Source: Paludibacteraceae bacterium
GTDB taxonomy: Bacteria > Bacteroidota > Bacteroidia > Bacteroidales > Paludibacteraceae
Reading direction: 5' to 3'
DNA: 58,239 nucleotides
Assembly (NCBI GenBank): GCA_024401515.1
Contig: JAKSKY010000001.1
Location: forward strand, 1 to 58,239
Part shown: positions 35,319 through 46,665 of the stretch, in pieces
How the letters are laid out: each line of letters opens with the position of its first letter
Position numbering within the stretch: position 1 is the stretch's first letter
Notes under the pieces: model-generated
What the model saw: only the letters and a program-made list of their open reading frames with translations
Told to the model about the DNA's origin: nothing
The model's database searches: none
Position numbers and translations under genes: made by a program

Positions 35319-36749
35319 CTACATTCCCCTACCCGATACCACCGTACGAATTGTATAAATCAAGATCTTGAGGTCAATCAATAGGGATATATTCTCCAAA
35401 TAGATAATATCATACTGCAAACGTTCCACCATCTTATCCACATCATTCGCATAGCCATATTTGACCATTCCCCAAGAGGTGATTCCCGGTTGAACTTTGT
35501 GGACCAAGCTATAATATGGAGCCTTCTCCTCGATCTGCTTCTCATAGAATAGACGCTCTGGACGAGGCCCCACGATGGACATATCCCCCTTTAAGACATT
35601 AATGAACTGTGGAATCTCATCCAAACGATATTTACGGAGAGAATGTCCGATCTTCGTAATCCTATGATCGTTGTCACTCGCCAACTGAGGTCCTTGGGCC
35701 TCGGCATTCACGCACATCGTCCTAAATTTGAAAATATGGAAGGGTTTTCCATGCAACCCAATACGTTCTTGTTTATAGAAAACAGGCCCTTCTGAGGTTA
35801 GTTTAACCAATATAGAGAGGATCAAAAAGAGAGGTGAAAGAGCAATCAAGACGACGCACGAGAAAATAATATCGAACAATCGTTTAAAATTCTTCTCACA
35901 ATCACTCAAACGCACATCCAAGGCACTGACTAGCGGCGTTCCAAAAATAGAGGACATACGGACACCCCCGACAATATAATCATAGAGTCTAGGCGTGATT
36001 CTAACGTCCACATCATATTTGTACAATTGATTAATGACCGGGAAAACCGCATCCCTATCTTCCGAATCTAGCGCGACAATCACCTCCTCTACCTCATGCT
36101 CCTTCATTATGGAATCCAAATGAGCCATATCTCCCAGAACAGTGACGCCACTCTCCACAGGTTCCGCGTCGCAAGAGACAAAACCTTTGATGATATGACC
36201 CGAGGAGAGCTTCATGGATTGCAATTGTTCATAAATACCCTTAGCATTCTTTCCCGTACCGATAATCAAGGTATTGAAGCCCATGATTCTGCGATGTATC
36301 TGACTGGTCGTAATACGCGTAATGGAATAACGGAACAAATAGACCACCACAAAATAGATGACAAACAAGACGACAAAAGAGAGGTAATAGTCCTTGTAAT
36401 TAACCACAGGATCATCCAGCAATAAGATGAAGAATAACGCTAAGGAACCAAGGAAAACACTAAAAAATGTCTGAGCGAACTCAGAGAGTCGAGATTTTCG
36501 GAAGGGTTGATTGTAATAGCCCGACAACCAAAAGACAAAGAGCCAAAAGAATGGTATGCCGAACAATAACTCTGTAAAATTGTATACTGGAGAGAACAAC
36601 TGAATCTCTCGAATCACATTCGACTCTATCTCAATTCGACGGAACAGGAAAAAGAATACCCAAGCCAACAAGACAGAGAACACATCCATAAGGATGTATT
36701 TCAATCGTTGCACCTTTTTGCGTTTATGGGTAATCGAATTCTGATCCAT
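35319..36749 (-). CDS. Polyprenyl-phosphate glycosyl-1-phosphate transferase (WbaP/large PGT family sugar transferase)
   Basis: N-terminal TM bundle, central Rossmann-like region, and a C-terminal bacterial sugar-transferase domain (KRLFDIIFS ... PVFYKQERIG ... FKFRTM ... DEIPQF ... GDMSIVGPRP). Confidence 0.85.
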   Translation of the reverse strand: MDQNSITHKRKKVQRLKYILMDVFSVLLAWVFFFLFRRIEIESNVIREIQLFSPVYNFTELLFGIPFFWLFVFWLSGYYNQPFRKSRLSEFAQTFFSVFLGSLALFFILLLDDPVVNYKDYYLSFVVLFVIYFVVVYLFRYSITRITTSQIHRRIMGFNTLIIGTGKNAKGIYEQLQSMKLSSGHIIKGFVSCDAEPVESGVTVLGDMAHLDSIMKEHEVEEVIVALDSEDRDAVFPVINQLYKYDVDVRITPRLYDYIVGGVRMSSIFGTPLVSALDVRLSDCEKNFKRLFDIIFSCVVLIALSPLFLILSILVKLTSEGPVFYKQERIGLHGKPFHIFKFRTMCVNAEAQGPQLASDNDHRITKIGHSLRKYRLDEIPQFINVLKGDMSIVGPRPERLFYEKQIEEKAPYYSLVHKVQPGITSWGMVKYGYANDVDKMVERLQYDIIYLENISLLIDLKILIYTIRTVVSGRGM

Positions 36750-36756
36750 GGATGCC

Positions 36757-37326
36757 CTATCGAATAATTGTAACTACGCCACCTTTGGCCAATTTGATAA
36801 TGGAGGAAGGAGATGCCTTTCGCTTGTCATCTTGTCTATAAGAGACAATATAATCCACACCCGCCTTGATAACGTCACTCACCTCCGCGAAATTTTGAGG
36901 AGAGGGTTCTCCACTGATATTCGCTGATGTAGAGACAATCGGAATACGAAACTCCTCACATAATTTCTTGGAAAAAGCCTCATTGGTAATGCGAATGCCC
37001 ACGCTACCATCTTCCGCAATTAAATTCGCGGCCAGATTTTTGGCGCCATCATATATGATAGTCAAGGGTTTATCAGCACACTCCACCAAATCATAGGCAA
37101 CGTCCGGCACCTCGTCCACTACACGTTCCACTTTGGCGATACTATCAGTCAAAACCAACATGGATTTTGCGTCGGAACGATGCTTCAACTCAAAGATCTT
37201 CTTGACAGCCGCCTCGTTCGTGGCGTCACATCCCAACCCCCAAATGGTATCGGTAGGATACAAAATAATACCACCCGCTTTTAGGGTTTTGATGGCATTT
37301 CGAATATCTTCCTTAAAATCTTCCAT
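36757..37326 (-). CDS. tsaC: L-threonylcarbamoyladenylate synthase (YrdC/TsaC type)
   Basis: 189-aa YrdC domain with GGIILYPTDTIWGLGCDA. Confidence 0.8.
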   Translation of the reverse strand: MEDFKEDIRNAIKTLKAGGIILYPTDTIWGLGCDATNEAAVKKIFELKHRSDAKSMLVLTDSIAKVERVVDEVPDVAYDLVECADKPLTIIYDGAKNLAANLIAEDGSVGIRITNEAFSKKLCEEFRIPIVSTSANISGEPSPQNFAEVSDVIKAGVDYIVSYRQDDKRKASPSSIIKLAKGGVVTIIR

Positions 37327-37327
37327 A

Positions 37328-40135
37328 TCAAATCTTTCCTTTCAAAAATTTTGCTGTATGTGATGCCTCACACTTGACGAGTTCCTCAGGAGTTCCCGCG
37401 AAGACGAGATTTCCGCCCTTGTCTCCACCTTCAGGTCCTATATCGATAATATGATCCGCACATTTTATCACATCCAAATCATGCTCAATAATAATCACGG
37501 TGTGACCATTTGCGATCAATGCGTTAAAGGCTTTCATCAAAGTTTTAATATCATGGAAGTGGAGCCCGGTCGTCGGCTCATCAAAGATGAAAAGCATCGG
37601 CTGCGATTTTTCATTACCCAAGATTTCCGCCAACTTCACGCGCTGGCTCTCTCCACCTGACAACGTATCGGAGGATTGACCCAATTTCACATACCCCAAT
37701 CCAACATCTTGAAGGGTCTTTAACTTCTTGACAATTTTTTTTTCGCTCGCACCCAACTGTTCGGAGAAAAATTCGACAGCCTGGTTGACAGTCATATTCA
37801 AAACGTCAAAGATGTTCTTTTCTCGATACATCACCTCCAACACATCTGGTTTGAATCGCTTACCATGGCAAGATTCACACTCCAAGACCAAATCAGCCAT
37901 GAATTGCATCTCTACCGTTACCGTACCATCTCCCTGACATTCGTCGCAACGGCCCCCCTCCACATTGAAGGAGAATGTCGCCGCAGTATAACCCATTTGT
38001 TTGGCCAATGGTTGGTCAGCAAAGAGTTTCCTGATTTCGTCATAAGCCTTGATATAGGTAATCGGATTGGAACGGGACGATTTACCAATTGGATTCTGAT
38101 CCACAAATTCCACATCATGAATCATATTCATGCTTCCCCCTAGCGAAGAGTGAAGACCTGGTTTATCAGCCGCACCATCCATGGCACGTTTCAACGCATT
38201 ATAGAAAATATCCTGTACCAATGAGGATTTACCAGATCCGCTGACACCCGTTACCACCGTAATCACATTCAAAGGGAATTTCACATCGATTCCCTTCAGA
38301 TTATTTTGGCGGGCCCCCTTCACCTCTATGAAATTGTTCCATTTACGACGGAAGGCCGGCACCTCAATTTTGTCTGTACCCAACAAATACTTGATCGTAT
38401 AACTCTTTTCCTGCAACTCTTTATCGCCAAGCAAATCATCGGATAATTTTCCTTGGAAAACCACCTCACCACCCAATCGACCGGCGTGAGGGCCTATGTC
38501 TATGATATAATCGGCAGCACGCATAAACTCCTCATCATGCTCCACCACCACAACTGTATTTCCCAACTGCTGCAATTTACGTAGCACAGAGATCAAACGA
38601 TGCGTATCCCTAGGATGCAGACCAATACTTGGCTCATCCAAAATATAGAGTGAACCCACCAAACTGCTGCTCAAAGAGGTCACCAAATTGATACGTTGGC
38701 TCTCTCCTCCCGATAACGTATTAGAGAGACGGTTCATGGTCAAATAACCCAAACCGACATCCAATAGACATTGTAATCTGTTATTGATCTCCACCAAAAG
38801 ACGTTTCGCCACCTTCTGGTCCGCCTCGTTGATTTGTAAATGATCAAAGTAATCTTTTAGCTCAACCACGGACATGGATACCAATTCAGTGATGGTTCTG
38901 CCACCCACTTTCACATAGTTGGCAGACTCCTTCAAACGGGTACCATTGCAAGTCGGACAAGTGGTTTTTCCCCTAAAACGGGCCAACATCACACGATATT
39001 GGATCTTATATTGATTCTCCTTAACAAACTCAAAAAAGTCATCGATACCATGGAAATATGGAGTTCCACGCCACAACATACGTTTTTGCTCCTGCGTCAA
39101 ATCCGCATAAGGCGTGTGGATAGGAAAATTCACCTTAGAGGCATTGTATACAAGCTCATTGGTCCATTCGGACATCTTATCTCCTCGCCAGCAAACCACC
39201 GCACCGTCATAAACGGAACGTGATTGGTCTGGAATCACAAGGTCCTCGTCAATACCCATCACCTTGCCAAATCCTTCACAAGTTGGACAGGCACCATAAG
39301 GGCTGTTGAAACTGAACATCAAATCAGAAGGTTCCTCGAAAGAGATGCCATCCGCCTCAAACTGTTTCGAGAATCGCTCTTCGCTCTCCTTACCCTCCTC
39401 ATAGAAGCGTACATAACAGATCTCACCGCCCTCCAAAAAGGCGGTTTGGATAGAATCGGACAGACGGGTGCGTGTATCCGCATCATCTTTTACCGAAAAG
39501 CGATCCACCACCAAATTGACACGATCTTTCTTCGCGTCATACTTAGCCACCCTCTCCGTCGCCTCCTCCATGCGGACCATCTCGCCATTTACTTCGATGC
39601 GGCTATATCCTTGCATGCGGAACACCTCCAACTGTTGGCTCATCGTACGGCCTTCCGGAAGCGCTATGGGGGCGAAAATAATACCACGGGTTGCCTCTGG
39701 CTTGGTGTAAATATAATCCACCACATCACTCACGGTATGTTTCTTCACCTCACATCCGGAAACAGGAGAATAGGTTCTACCAATACGGGCAAAAAGCAAT
39801 TTCAAATACTCATACACCTCCGTGGATGTACCCACCGTAGAACGAGGATTTCGCGTGTTCACCTTCTGTTCGATGGCGATGGCAGGAGGCAATCCTTTGA
39901 TGTAATCCACCTCCGGCTTGGACATTCTGCCCAAGAATTGTCGGGCATAGGAAGATAAGCTCTCCACATATCTCCGTTGTCCTTCCGCATACAACGTATC
40001 AAAAGCCAAAGAGGACTTTCCTGAGCCGGAAAGTCCTGTGATGACTACAAATTTATTGCGGGGAATGACAACGTCCACCCCCTTCAGATTATGGATATGA
40101 GCGTTTTTTACGCTAATTTCACCTGTATCAGACAT
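37328..40135 (-). CDS. uvrA: Excinuclease ABC subunit A
   Basis: 935 aa. Two ABC ATPase modules ([20 protein letters not shown]), zinc-finger cysteines and LSGGE signatures. Confidence 0.95.
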   Translation of the reverse strand: MSDTGEISVKNAHIHNLKGVDVVIPRNKFVVITGLSGSGKSSLAFDTLYAEGQRRYVESLSSYARQFLGRMSKPEVDYIKGLPPAIAIEQKVNTRNPRSTVGTSTEVYEYLKLLFARIGRTYSPVSGCEVKKHTVSDVVDYIYTKPEATRGIIFAPIALPEGRTMSQQLEVFRMQGYSRIEVNGEMVRMEEATERVAKYDAKKDRVNLVVDRFSVKDDADTRTRLSDSIQTAFLEGGEICYVRFYEEGKESEERFSKQFEADGISFEEPSDLMFSFNSPYGACPTCEGFGKVMGIDEDLVIPDQSRSVYDGAVVCWRGDKMSEWTNELVYNASKVNFPIHTPYADLTQEQKRMLWRGTPYFHGIDDFFEFVKENQYKIQYRVMLARFRGKTTCPTCNGTRLKESANYVKVGGRTITELVSMSVVELKDYFDHLQINEADQKVAKRLLVEINNRLQCLLDVGLGYLTMNRLSNTLSGGESQRINLVTSLSSSLVGSLYILDEPSIGLHPRDTHRLISVLRKLQQLGNTVVVVEHDEEFMRAADYIIDIGPHAGRLGGEVVFQGKLSDDLLGDKELQEKSYTIKYLLGTDKIEVPAFRRKWNNFIEVKGARQNNLKGIDVKFPLNVITVVTGVSGSGKSSLVQDIFYNALKRAMDGAADKPGLHSSLGGSMNMIHDVEFVDQNPIGKSSRSNPITYIKAYDEIRKLFADQPLAKQMGYTAATFSFNVEGGRCDECQGDGTVTVEMQFMADLVLECESCHGKRFKPDVLEVMYREKNIFDVLNMTVNQAVEFFSEQLGASEKKIVKKLKTLQDVGLGYVKLGQSSDTLSGGESQRVKLAEILGNEKSQPMLFIFDEPTTGLHFHDIKTLMKAFNALIANGHTVIIIEHDLDVIKCADHIIDIGPEGGDKGGNLVFAGTPEELVKCEASHTAKFLKGKI

Positions 40136-40146
40136 ATCTTTCTAAT

Positions 40147-40275
40147 CTAACCTTGTTGCCCCTTGGTAGTAGGTTTGGTTCCCTTACCGAGCAATCCCAG
40201 TTTTTTCTTTTTGAGGAAAATAGCTTTCTTTCGCTCATATTCCTCGTATTTTTTCTCTAAATAATTATCAGCCAT
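40147..40275 (-). CDS. 42-aa Lys-rich small ORF (MADNYLEKKYEEYERKK...)
   Basis: ATG-to-TAG ORF that fills the uvrA-trxB gap. The N-terminus resembles small conserved Bacteroidales ORFs beginning M.DNYLEK (memory only). Not in the ORF track because it is under 60 aa. Confidence 0.35.
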   Translation of the reverse strand: MADNYLEKKYEEYERKKAIFLKKKKLGLLGKGTKPTTKGQQG

Positions 40276-40278
40276 GGC

Positions 40279-41217
40279 TTACAAACCATTCTCAATTAAA
40301 TAGTGTTCACAATCGATGGCCGCTCTACAACCGCTCGCAGCCGCGGTAATCGCTTGTCTGTAACGAGGGTCTGCCACATCTCCCGCGGCAAATACGCTTG
40401 GTATATTGGTCTGTTGTGTGCCATTGAATGTTTTGATATAGCCAGTTTCATCCAAATCAACACTTCCTTTGAACAAATTGGTATTTGGATGGTGGCCAAT
40501 AGCCAAGAACATACCATCCACCTCAATTTGATAAACCTCCTCATCTTTCTCTCCACGATTCTTCTTCAAGACAGCGCCAGAGACACCATCCTCACCGACG
40601 AGACCAATCACCTCATGCTTGAATAGAATCTCTATCTTCTCATTACGCAACACTCTCTCCTGCATCACTTTAGATGCTCGAAGGGAATCTTTTCGGACTG
40701 CCAAATACACCTTGCTGCATATAGCGGAAAGATACATCGCATCCTCACAAGCGGTATCACCACCACCCACTACGACAACCCTCTTCTTACGATAGAAGAA
40801 TCCATCACAAGTCGCACATGCGGAGACGCCTAAACCTGCATACTTCTTCTCATCTGGCAAGCCTAGATATTTTGCGGACGCACCCGTGGAAATAATGACG
40901 GTACTAGCCTGGATTTCGGTCTCTCCATCAATCGTCACAACACTGTTATTGGGTTGAAGATCAGCTTTTGTCACCAAGCCCACACGGATATCCGCGCCGA
41001 AACGAATCGCTTGCTTACGAAGGTCCTCCATCATTTGAGGACCGGAAATTCCATCAGGATATCCAGGGAAATTTTCAATCTCAGTGGTGGTGGTCAATTG
41101 ACCACCAGGCAATGAACCCTCGTACAATACGGGAGACAAATTCGCGCGGGCCGCATAGATAGCGGCAGTATATCCCGCAGGACCTGATCCAATAATCAAG
41201 CAACGTACCTTTTCCAT
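40279..41217 (-). CDS. trxB: Thioredoxin-disulfide reductase
   Basis: GSGPAG FAD motif, redox-active CATCDG, GGGDTA NADPH motif. Confidence 0.95.
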   Translation of the reverse strand: MEKVRCLIIGSGPAGYTAAIYAARANLSPVLYEGSLPGGQLTTTTEIENFPGYPDGISGPQMMEDLRKQAIRFGADIRVGLVTKADLQPNNSVVTIDGETEIQASTVIISTGASAKYLGLPDEKKYAGLGVSACATCDGFFYRKKRVVVVGGGDTACEDAMYLSAICSKVYLAVRKDSLRASKVMQERVLRNEKIEILFKHEVIGLVGEDGVSGAVLKKNRGEKDEEVYQIEVDGMFLAIGHHPNTNLFKGSVDLDETGYIKTFNGTQQTNIPSVFAAGDVADPRYRQAITAAASGCRAAIDCEHYLIENGL

Positions 41218-41252
41218 TTCTATATTATATTCTAATTATCTAATTATTAATC

Positions 41253-41906
41253 TTATCGTAAATCCACAACTTCGACATCAGGGAATTTCTTCGCATCGAA
41301 GGAGAACTCGGCGTCTCCAATCTCCTTTTGCGTCACCTTCGTCACCTTAAAATGTGTATGGACACCACCCTTGCCACGTAGTGTGATATTTTGCAACATC
41401 ATACTCTTTTTCTCAAACATCAAGTGGATGATGGAATAATCGCTATTCAAATCGTTAGGATACAATTCAACCTCCTCGCAAAGTTTGCCTTCGTAGTTGT
41501 CCGCACCCATATAACGCATTTTGTAACCCGTATTATAGGACTTCATCAAAAGGATTGGGTTCAAATCCTTCAAATCATCCTTATCAGGCGTGCTGATGGT
41601 CACCTCCTTCTCTTTAACCATATGGACGGATTGAGTCTTTCCATCGAAATAGGTATCCACATCGCGCAAAGAGAGTTTAAACTTCTCCTTTTTCAAAAGA
41701 GCGCTACCATTGTAGGAATCACTTTTATTTACACGGGTATTCAATACTTCAATCGTGAACTGAATCTCCATTCCTTTCTTACTCTCCATGACGGAGACAG
41801 CCTTGTCCAATAAGGACTTTGCCTTAGGATCAATACTTTCCTCTTTTTGGGAGAAGAGCATAACCGGCATCAATACCGAGATTAGAACAAATAACAATTT
41901 CTTCAT
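41253..41906 (-). CDS. lolA: LolA-like outer-membrane lipoprotein carrier protein
   Basis: 217 aa with a signal peptide. Conserved position immediately downstream of ftsK in Bacteroidota. Confidence 0.65.
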   Translation of the reverse strand: MKKLLFVLISVLMPVMLFSQKEESIDPKAKSLLDKAVSVMESKKGMEIQFTIEVLNTRVNKSDSYNGSALLKKEKFKLSLRDVDTYFDGKTQSVHMVKEKEVTISTPDKDDLKDLNPILLMKSYNTGYKMRYMGADNYEGKLCEEVELYPNDLNSDYSIIHLMFEKKSMMLQNITLRGKGGVHTHFKVTKVTQKEIGDAEFSFDAKKFPDVEVVDLR

Positions 41907-41913
41907 ATCCGTA

Positions 41914-44490
41914 TTATTTCTTTAAATTCTTAACTATCATATCCAATTGCTCCAAATCAGCCACTAGGACTTGACGAGGTTTACTACCCTCTTGAGGGCC
42001 AACGATACCAGCCACCTCCAATTGATCCATCAATCTACCGGCACGGTTGTAACCCAGAGAATATTTTCTTTGAATGTTGGATGTGGAGCCTTGTTGGGTT
42101 GAAACAATATTGGCGGCCACCTCCTCGAAGAGAGGATCCAATTTAGAGAAGTCAACATCCTTAGGACCAGAAGCATCTCCCTCAACTGGCGCCTCTGGTA
42201 GAATATAGGCGGTAGGATAACCTTGTTGACCCGCAATATACTTGGTGATGCGTTCCACCTCCGGCGTATCCACAAAGGCGCATTGTACACGTTCGAAATC
42301 ATTACCTTGGCTGATCAGCATATCACCGCGACCGATCAATTGGTCCGCACCATTTTGATCGAGGATGACACGAGACTCAAGTCCAGTGGAAACCTTGAAC
42401 GCGAATCTCGCAGGGAAGTTGGCGCGAATCACACCCGTGATGATATTCGCGGATGGACGTTGCGTCGCCAAAATCATATGGATACCCACCGCACGCGCTT
42501 TTTGGGCAATACGGGCAATCGGTTGCTCCACCTCTTTACCTACTTGCATAATCAAATCCGCGAACTCATCGATGATTACCACAATGTAAGGCATGAAACG
42601 ATGTCCCTTATTCGGATTCAACTCACGCTTGATGAACTTAGCGTTATACTCCTTCAACTGACGGACATTCGCATCCTTCAACAACTTATAACGGTCGTCC
42701 ATCTCCACACAAAGCGATTTCAATGTCTCCACCACTTTGTTCACATCTGTGATGATCGCATCCTCCGCATCAGGCAATTTTGCCAAGAAATGGTTCTCCA
42801 ATGGCGCATACATGCTAAACTCAACCATTTTCGGATCGACCATGACAAATTTCACCTCTGCCGGATGTTTCTTATATAGGATGGAGGTAATGATCGCATT
42901 CAAACCAACAGACTTACCTTGTCCCGTCGCACCTGCCACCAAAACGTGTGGCATCTTACAAAGATCCACCATATAGACATCATTGGTGATGGTTTTACCG
43001 ATTGCGATAGGAAGCTCGTAACTGGAGGCTTGGAATTTCTTGCTATTGATGATATCCGCCATCGGTACCGTCTGTGCCTTCATATTCGGCACCTCAATAC
43101 CAATGGTACCCTTGCCTGGAATTGGCGCTATGATACGAATACCCTTCGCAGCGATGCTCAAAGCGATATCATCGCCCAAATTTCTAATCTTACTGATTCT
43201 CACGCCCGCTGCTGGCGTAACCTCATACAAGGTCACCGTAGGGCCAACCGTTGCGGTGATAGAAGCGATCTCCACACCGAAACTTCTCAAGACCTCCACA
43301 ATTTTATCCTTATTCTGTTTCTGCTCCTCCATATCAATGGTAGGACCGCTCACTACAGATTGGTCGAATAGATCGGTCGAAGGTTTTTTATAGAAACTAA
43401 GATCTTTAGTCGGATCATACAATTCAGTCTCTATATTTTCCGCTGATATCGTTTCTCCTGTTTGAACAACAAAAGGAGATTTATCCGCCGAAGCTGGAAG
43501 ATTCGCTTCGTCAGACTTTTCGGTGTCATCGACATTATCATCTACATTTTCAGCCACATCTTTACCATCGTTATAATCAGGATCATTATTGATGATAAAT
43601 GGCATATCTCCATCCATGGAAGAGTCAGTCGCGACTTTTGATGGATCCGATTCGTTAGAGAAGTCGATTTGATTGTCATCCCCCGTTTCATCCGGACCAT
43701 TAGAAGAGGCGGTTTCATCCGGATTAGGAACCCAAGGTTGATCAGTTGTCACTTGGCAAGCAACATCCACGCCTTCTCCTCCGGCATCATCACCCGCACT
43801 CGCATCTTCAGTATCTCCATCCACAACCGGGCTATCATCACCCAATTGATGGATTTTGGATAAAATGTCAGAACCGACACTCTTAATCTTAGGCAAGGCC
43901 GTCTTGTAAGCGCAAAACACGAACAACAGCAATGATGCAATCAGCAAAAGGGAGGTTCCCGCCACACCAATGGAGGAACGCAACCACTGAGAGAGATAAA
44001 AGCCGTGCTCTCCACCCCAGTAGAGATGGGTGGATTCGTAATTTTTCACAAAGAAAAAGCCGAAAAACAATGACAACCAAAACAAAAAGAATGAGCAAAT
44101 CAGAAAGGTTCGCAACATGCGGAAAGGCCTGATTTGCATCAACCACAACGCCACCAAGAAAAAGTAGAACAAATAGAGCAAACATGGCACACCAAAGGTA
44201 CGGTTGATGAAATAATCAGCCATACGGGCACCCTTCAAACCAGCCCAGTTTCTTACATTCTCATTGATGTAATCAATCGTGTACCCTTTGATATTCATAA
44301 TCAAACTTTGGTCCTCTTTTCCGGTAAAGAAGAAGGAAATAAAGGCCAAAGCGACATAGAGTCCAATCGTCAATAGGACCAGTCCTATCATCGTCTGGAT
44401 ACGTTCATCCTTTATTTTGGAGATATACGAAGAGAAGAGATTCGGCTTCGTTTCCTTATTTGTAGTTTCTGTTTTATCTTTTTTTGCCAT
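41914..44490 (-). CDS. ftsK: DNA translocase FtsK
   Basis: N-terminal TM helices, an acidic low-complexity linker, a motor domain (GATGQGKS Walker A) and a C-terminal gamma wHTH. Confidence 0.95.
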   Translation of the reverse strand: MAKKDKTETTNKETKPNLFSSYISKIKDERIQTMIGLVLLTIGLYVALAFISFFFTGKEDQSLIMNIKGYTIDYINENVRNWAGLKGARMADYFINRTFGVPCLLYLFYFFLVALWLMQIRPFRMLRTFLICSFFLFWLSLFFGFFFVKNYESTHLYWGGEHGFYLSQWLRSSIGVAGTSLLLIASLLLFVFCAYKTALPKIKSVGSDILSKIHQLGDDSPVVDGDTEDASAGDDAGGEGVDVACQVTTDQPWVPNPDETASSNGPDETGDDNQIDFSNESDPSKVATDSSMDGDMPFIINNDPDYNDGKDVAENVDDNVDDTEKSDEANLPASADKSPFVVQTGETISAENIETELYDPTKDLSFYKKPSTDLFDQSVVSGPTIDMEEQKQNKDKIVEVLRSFGVEIASITATVGPTVTLYEVTPAAGVRISKIRNLGDDIALSIAAKGIRIIAPIPGKGTIGIEVPNMKAQTVPMADIINSKKFQASSYELPIAIGKTITNDVYMVDLCKMPHVLVAGATGQGKSVGLNAIITSILYKKHPAEVKFVMVDPKMVEFSMYAPLENHFLAKLPDAEDAIITDVNKVVETLKSLCVEMDDRYKLLKDANVRQLKEYNAKFIKRELNPNKGHRFMPYIVVIIDEFADLIMQVGKEVEQPIARIAQKARAVGIHMILATQRPSANIITGVIRANFPARFAFKVSTGLESRVILDQNGADQLIGRGDMLISQGNDFERVQCAFVDTPEVERITKYIAGQQGYPTAYILPEAPVEGDASGPKDVDFSKLDPLFEEVAANIVSTQQGSTSNIQRKYSLGYNRAGRLMDQLEVAGIVGPQEGSKPRQVLVADLEQLDMIVKNLKK

Positions 44491-44517
44491 TATACTTGTC
44501 CATAATTAGTAAGTATG

Positions 44518-44525
44518 CAAAGTTA
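44518..44525 (-). promoter_or_regulatory. -7 promoter element (TAACTTTG) for ftsK
   Basis: TAnnTTTG match on the minus strand, about 28 nt upstream of the ATG at 44490. Confidence 0.4.
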
Positions 44526-44691
44526 ATTAAAAAGAGATACAAACCATCATCTGAAGGCAAAACCATTCGATGAAATCTAAAAAAAACATAAAATAACGAA
44601 GAGAGAGGAAGTTAGGGCAAAAAGGAAGAGAGTCAACCTACTGGTTATCTAGGAGACTACATGTTTAAACAACCAATTACAACATTGATTA

Positions 44692-45267
44692 TCAATCATT
44701 TTGCATCATCTTTCTGATCATCGGCACCACAAAATCACGGATGGAAGCCTCTGGTGGATAGTGACCGCCAGGCATAAAAAAACGATGGCTATAATGTTGT
44801 TTAAACCAATGGGCAGCCATACGGGTCATAAAATCCACACGGCCGAACATACCGACCGTCAAACGGTCCTCTTCCTCGGTCAAATCGTCATATTGTACCC
44901 TTTGCATCTCCTTGTACTTTTTGCACATATGCTTCTCGACGTGCCATATTTGATTGCCATCAGCCCTCGCCTCTTTGTATTTATTATCTCCTTGAAAAAG
45001 ATACATATAGGACATACCCAAGCTTGGATTCAATAGAATTTTCTTTCTGCCTCGGAATTTTTGCGCCATAAAGCCGCCAAGGCTATGGCCAATGATGATA
45101 TCGATCGGATGTTCAGCCAAATAGGTCTCGATTTGAGGGAATGCGATGTTCGGATCTATCGATAAATCCGGCACATGAACAGTGGCTTCTGGTAAATATT
45201 TACGGATGAATTCAGCGGTTTGTGACTCATGGCTAGAGGCCATTCCATGTAAAAATAGTATCTCCAT
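44692..45267 (-). CDS. YqiA/YcfP-family alpha/beta-hydrolase (esterase)
   Basis: 191 aa. ILFLHGMASS and the nucleophile elbow GHSLGG. Confidence 0.7.
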   Translation of the reverse strand: MEILFLHGMASSHESQTAEFIRKYLPEATVHVPDLSIDPNIAFPQIETYLAEHPIDIIIGHSLGGFMAQKFRGRKKILLNPSLGMSYMYLFQGDNKYKEARADGNQIWHVEKHMCKKYKEMQRVQYDDLTEEEDRLTVGMFGRVDFMTRMAAHWFKQHYSHRFFMPGGHYPPEASIRDFVVPMIRKMMQND

Positions 45268-45338
45268 ATCATCAATAATTCAACCTCGCGAATATACGCA
45301 TAATAACAGAAAGTATTGCGGGAAAGAGAAGATTTGAC

Positions 45339-45346
45339 TACATTTG
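45339..45346 (+). promoter_or_regulatory. -7 promoter element (TACATTTG) for rsmG
   Basis: The TAnnTTTG match lies inside the track ORF's N-terminal extension. This supports the start at 45382. Confidence 0.4.
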
Positions 45347-45381
45347 TAGAGGTAAAACTGAAAAGAAAAACAATCAACCAT

Positions 45382-46005
45382 ATGGATTTAATTCTTAAAT
45401 ATTTCCCGAATCTAACGGAAAAACAAAAAGAGCAATACGCCGCTTTGTACGACCTTTACACTGACTGGAACAGCAAAATCAACGTCATCTCCAGAAAGGA
45501 TATCGAAAACTTGTACGAGCACCATGTACTCCACTCTTTATCCATAGCAAAGATTTTAAAATTCACAGATGGAACAACCATCATGGATGTGGGAACTGGA
45601 GGTGGATTCCCTGCCATTCCTTTGGCTATCCTATTTCCAAACTGCCACTTTCACTTAGTCGATTCCATCGGGAAAAAAATACGTGTCGCCACAGTAGTAT
45701 CCAATGCCATCGGATTGACCAACACCACCTTCGCTCACGAACGTGTGGAAGATGAAAAACAAAAATTCGATTTCATCGTTAGCCGCGCGGTGATGCCATT
45801 GGGCGACCTTGTCAAATTGGTACGAAAGAATGTCCAACAGAAGCAACAACACAATGCCCTTCCCAATGGACTCATCTGTCTAAAAGGAGGTGAATTGCAA
45901 CACGAAGTGATGGAATTTAGAAAAGCGGCCGCTTTGTACGACATCCGAGAGATTTTCGAAGAGGAATTCTTCGAGACTAAAAAGGCGGTTTATTTACCTC
46001 TCTAA
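45382..46005 (+). CDS. rsmG: 16S rRNA (guanine527-N7)-methyltransferase
   Basis: Begins MDLILKYFPNLTEKQKEQY. SAM-binding DVGTGGGFP. Confidence 0.9.
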   Translation: MDLILKYFPNLTEKQKEQYAALYDLYTDWNSKINVISRKDIENLYEHHVLHSLSIAKILKFTDGTTIMDVGTGGGFPAIPLAILFPNCHFHLVDSIGKKIRVATVVSNAIGLTNTTFAHERVEDEKQKFDFIVSRAVMPLGDLVKLVRKNVQQKQQHNALPNGLICLKGGELQHEVMEFRKAAALYDIREIFEEEFFETKKAVYLPL

Positions 46006-46016
46006 AATCGACGATC

Positions 46017-46658
46017 ATGACTGATACGCCCAGACATGCGGCTCTTAGACGACGCCTTGCGGAAGAACTTCAAAAGAAGGGAATCAAGGATGAAAAGGTA
46101 TTAGACGCAATCAGAAACGTGCCCAGACATCTCTTTATGAGCAGCAGCTTCGAGCCTTTCGCCTATAATGACAGCGCCTACCCCATCGGTGCCAACCAAA
46201 CCATTTCCCAACCCCACACCGTTGCGCTACAAACTGAATTGTTGAACCCGCAACCCAAGGAGAGGATTTTGGAAATTGGCACAGGATCAGGATACCAGAC
46301 AGCAGTGCTCGTCCATTGTGGAGCGACCGTCTATACCATAGAAAGAATCAGAGAATTGCATCTGCAAGCGCAAGCAACGCTCAACAACCTCAAATACAAA
46401 GCCATCTGTAAATATGGAGACGGCCACGATGGATGGAACGATATTGCGCCATTTGACCGAATAATCGTCACCGCCGGAGCGGAAGAGATGCCAATGAAAC
46501 TGATCAAACAATGCAAAATTGGCGGAGTCATCGTAGTGCCTGTCTTAGATAACGGCACATTAAAAATGTTACGTCTCACCAGACAATCAGAGGAAGATTT
46601 CACCCAAGAGGATTTCGGACCATGCGCATTTGTCCCAATGTTAAAAGGCATTAGCTAA
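46017..46658 (+). CDS. pcm: Protein-L-isoaspartate O-methyltransferase
   Basis: TISQPHTVA motif and EIGTGSGYQTA SAM motif. Confidence 0.9.
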   Translation: MTDTPRHAALRRRLAEELQKKGIKDEKVLDAIRNVPRHLFMSSSFEPFAYNDSAYPIGANQTISQPHTVALQTELLNPQPKERILEIGTGSGYQTAVLVHCGATVYTIERIRELHLQAQATLNNLKYKAICKYGDGHDGWNDIAPFDRIIVTAGAEEMPMKLIKQCKIGGVIVVPVLDNGTLKMLRLTRQSEEDFTQEDFGPCAFVPMLKGIS

Positions 46659-46665
46659 ATAAATC

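Noticed and set aside
39224-39958. 244-aa plus-strand ORF inside uvrA. Similar long antisense ORFs occur at 31307..32155 (282 aa), 42223..42879 (218 aa), 52689..53393 (234 aa), 54146..54859 (237 aa) and 54799..55515 (238 aa).
   Set aside because: All lie antisense to genes with unmistakable conserved motifs (uvrA, the LysM protein, ftsK, rho, ribH/tRNAs, the TPR protein). Their translations are low-complexity or Leu/Arg/His-rich shadow-frame products. One of them runs straight through two tRNA genes.
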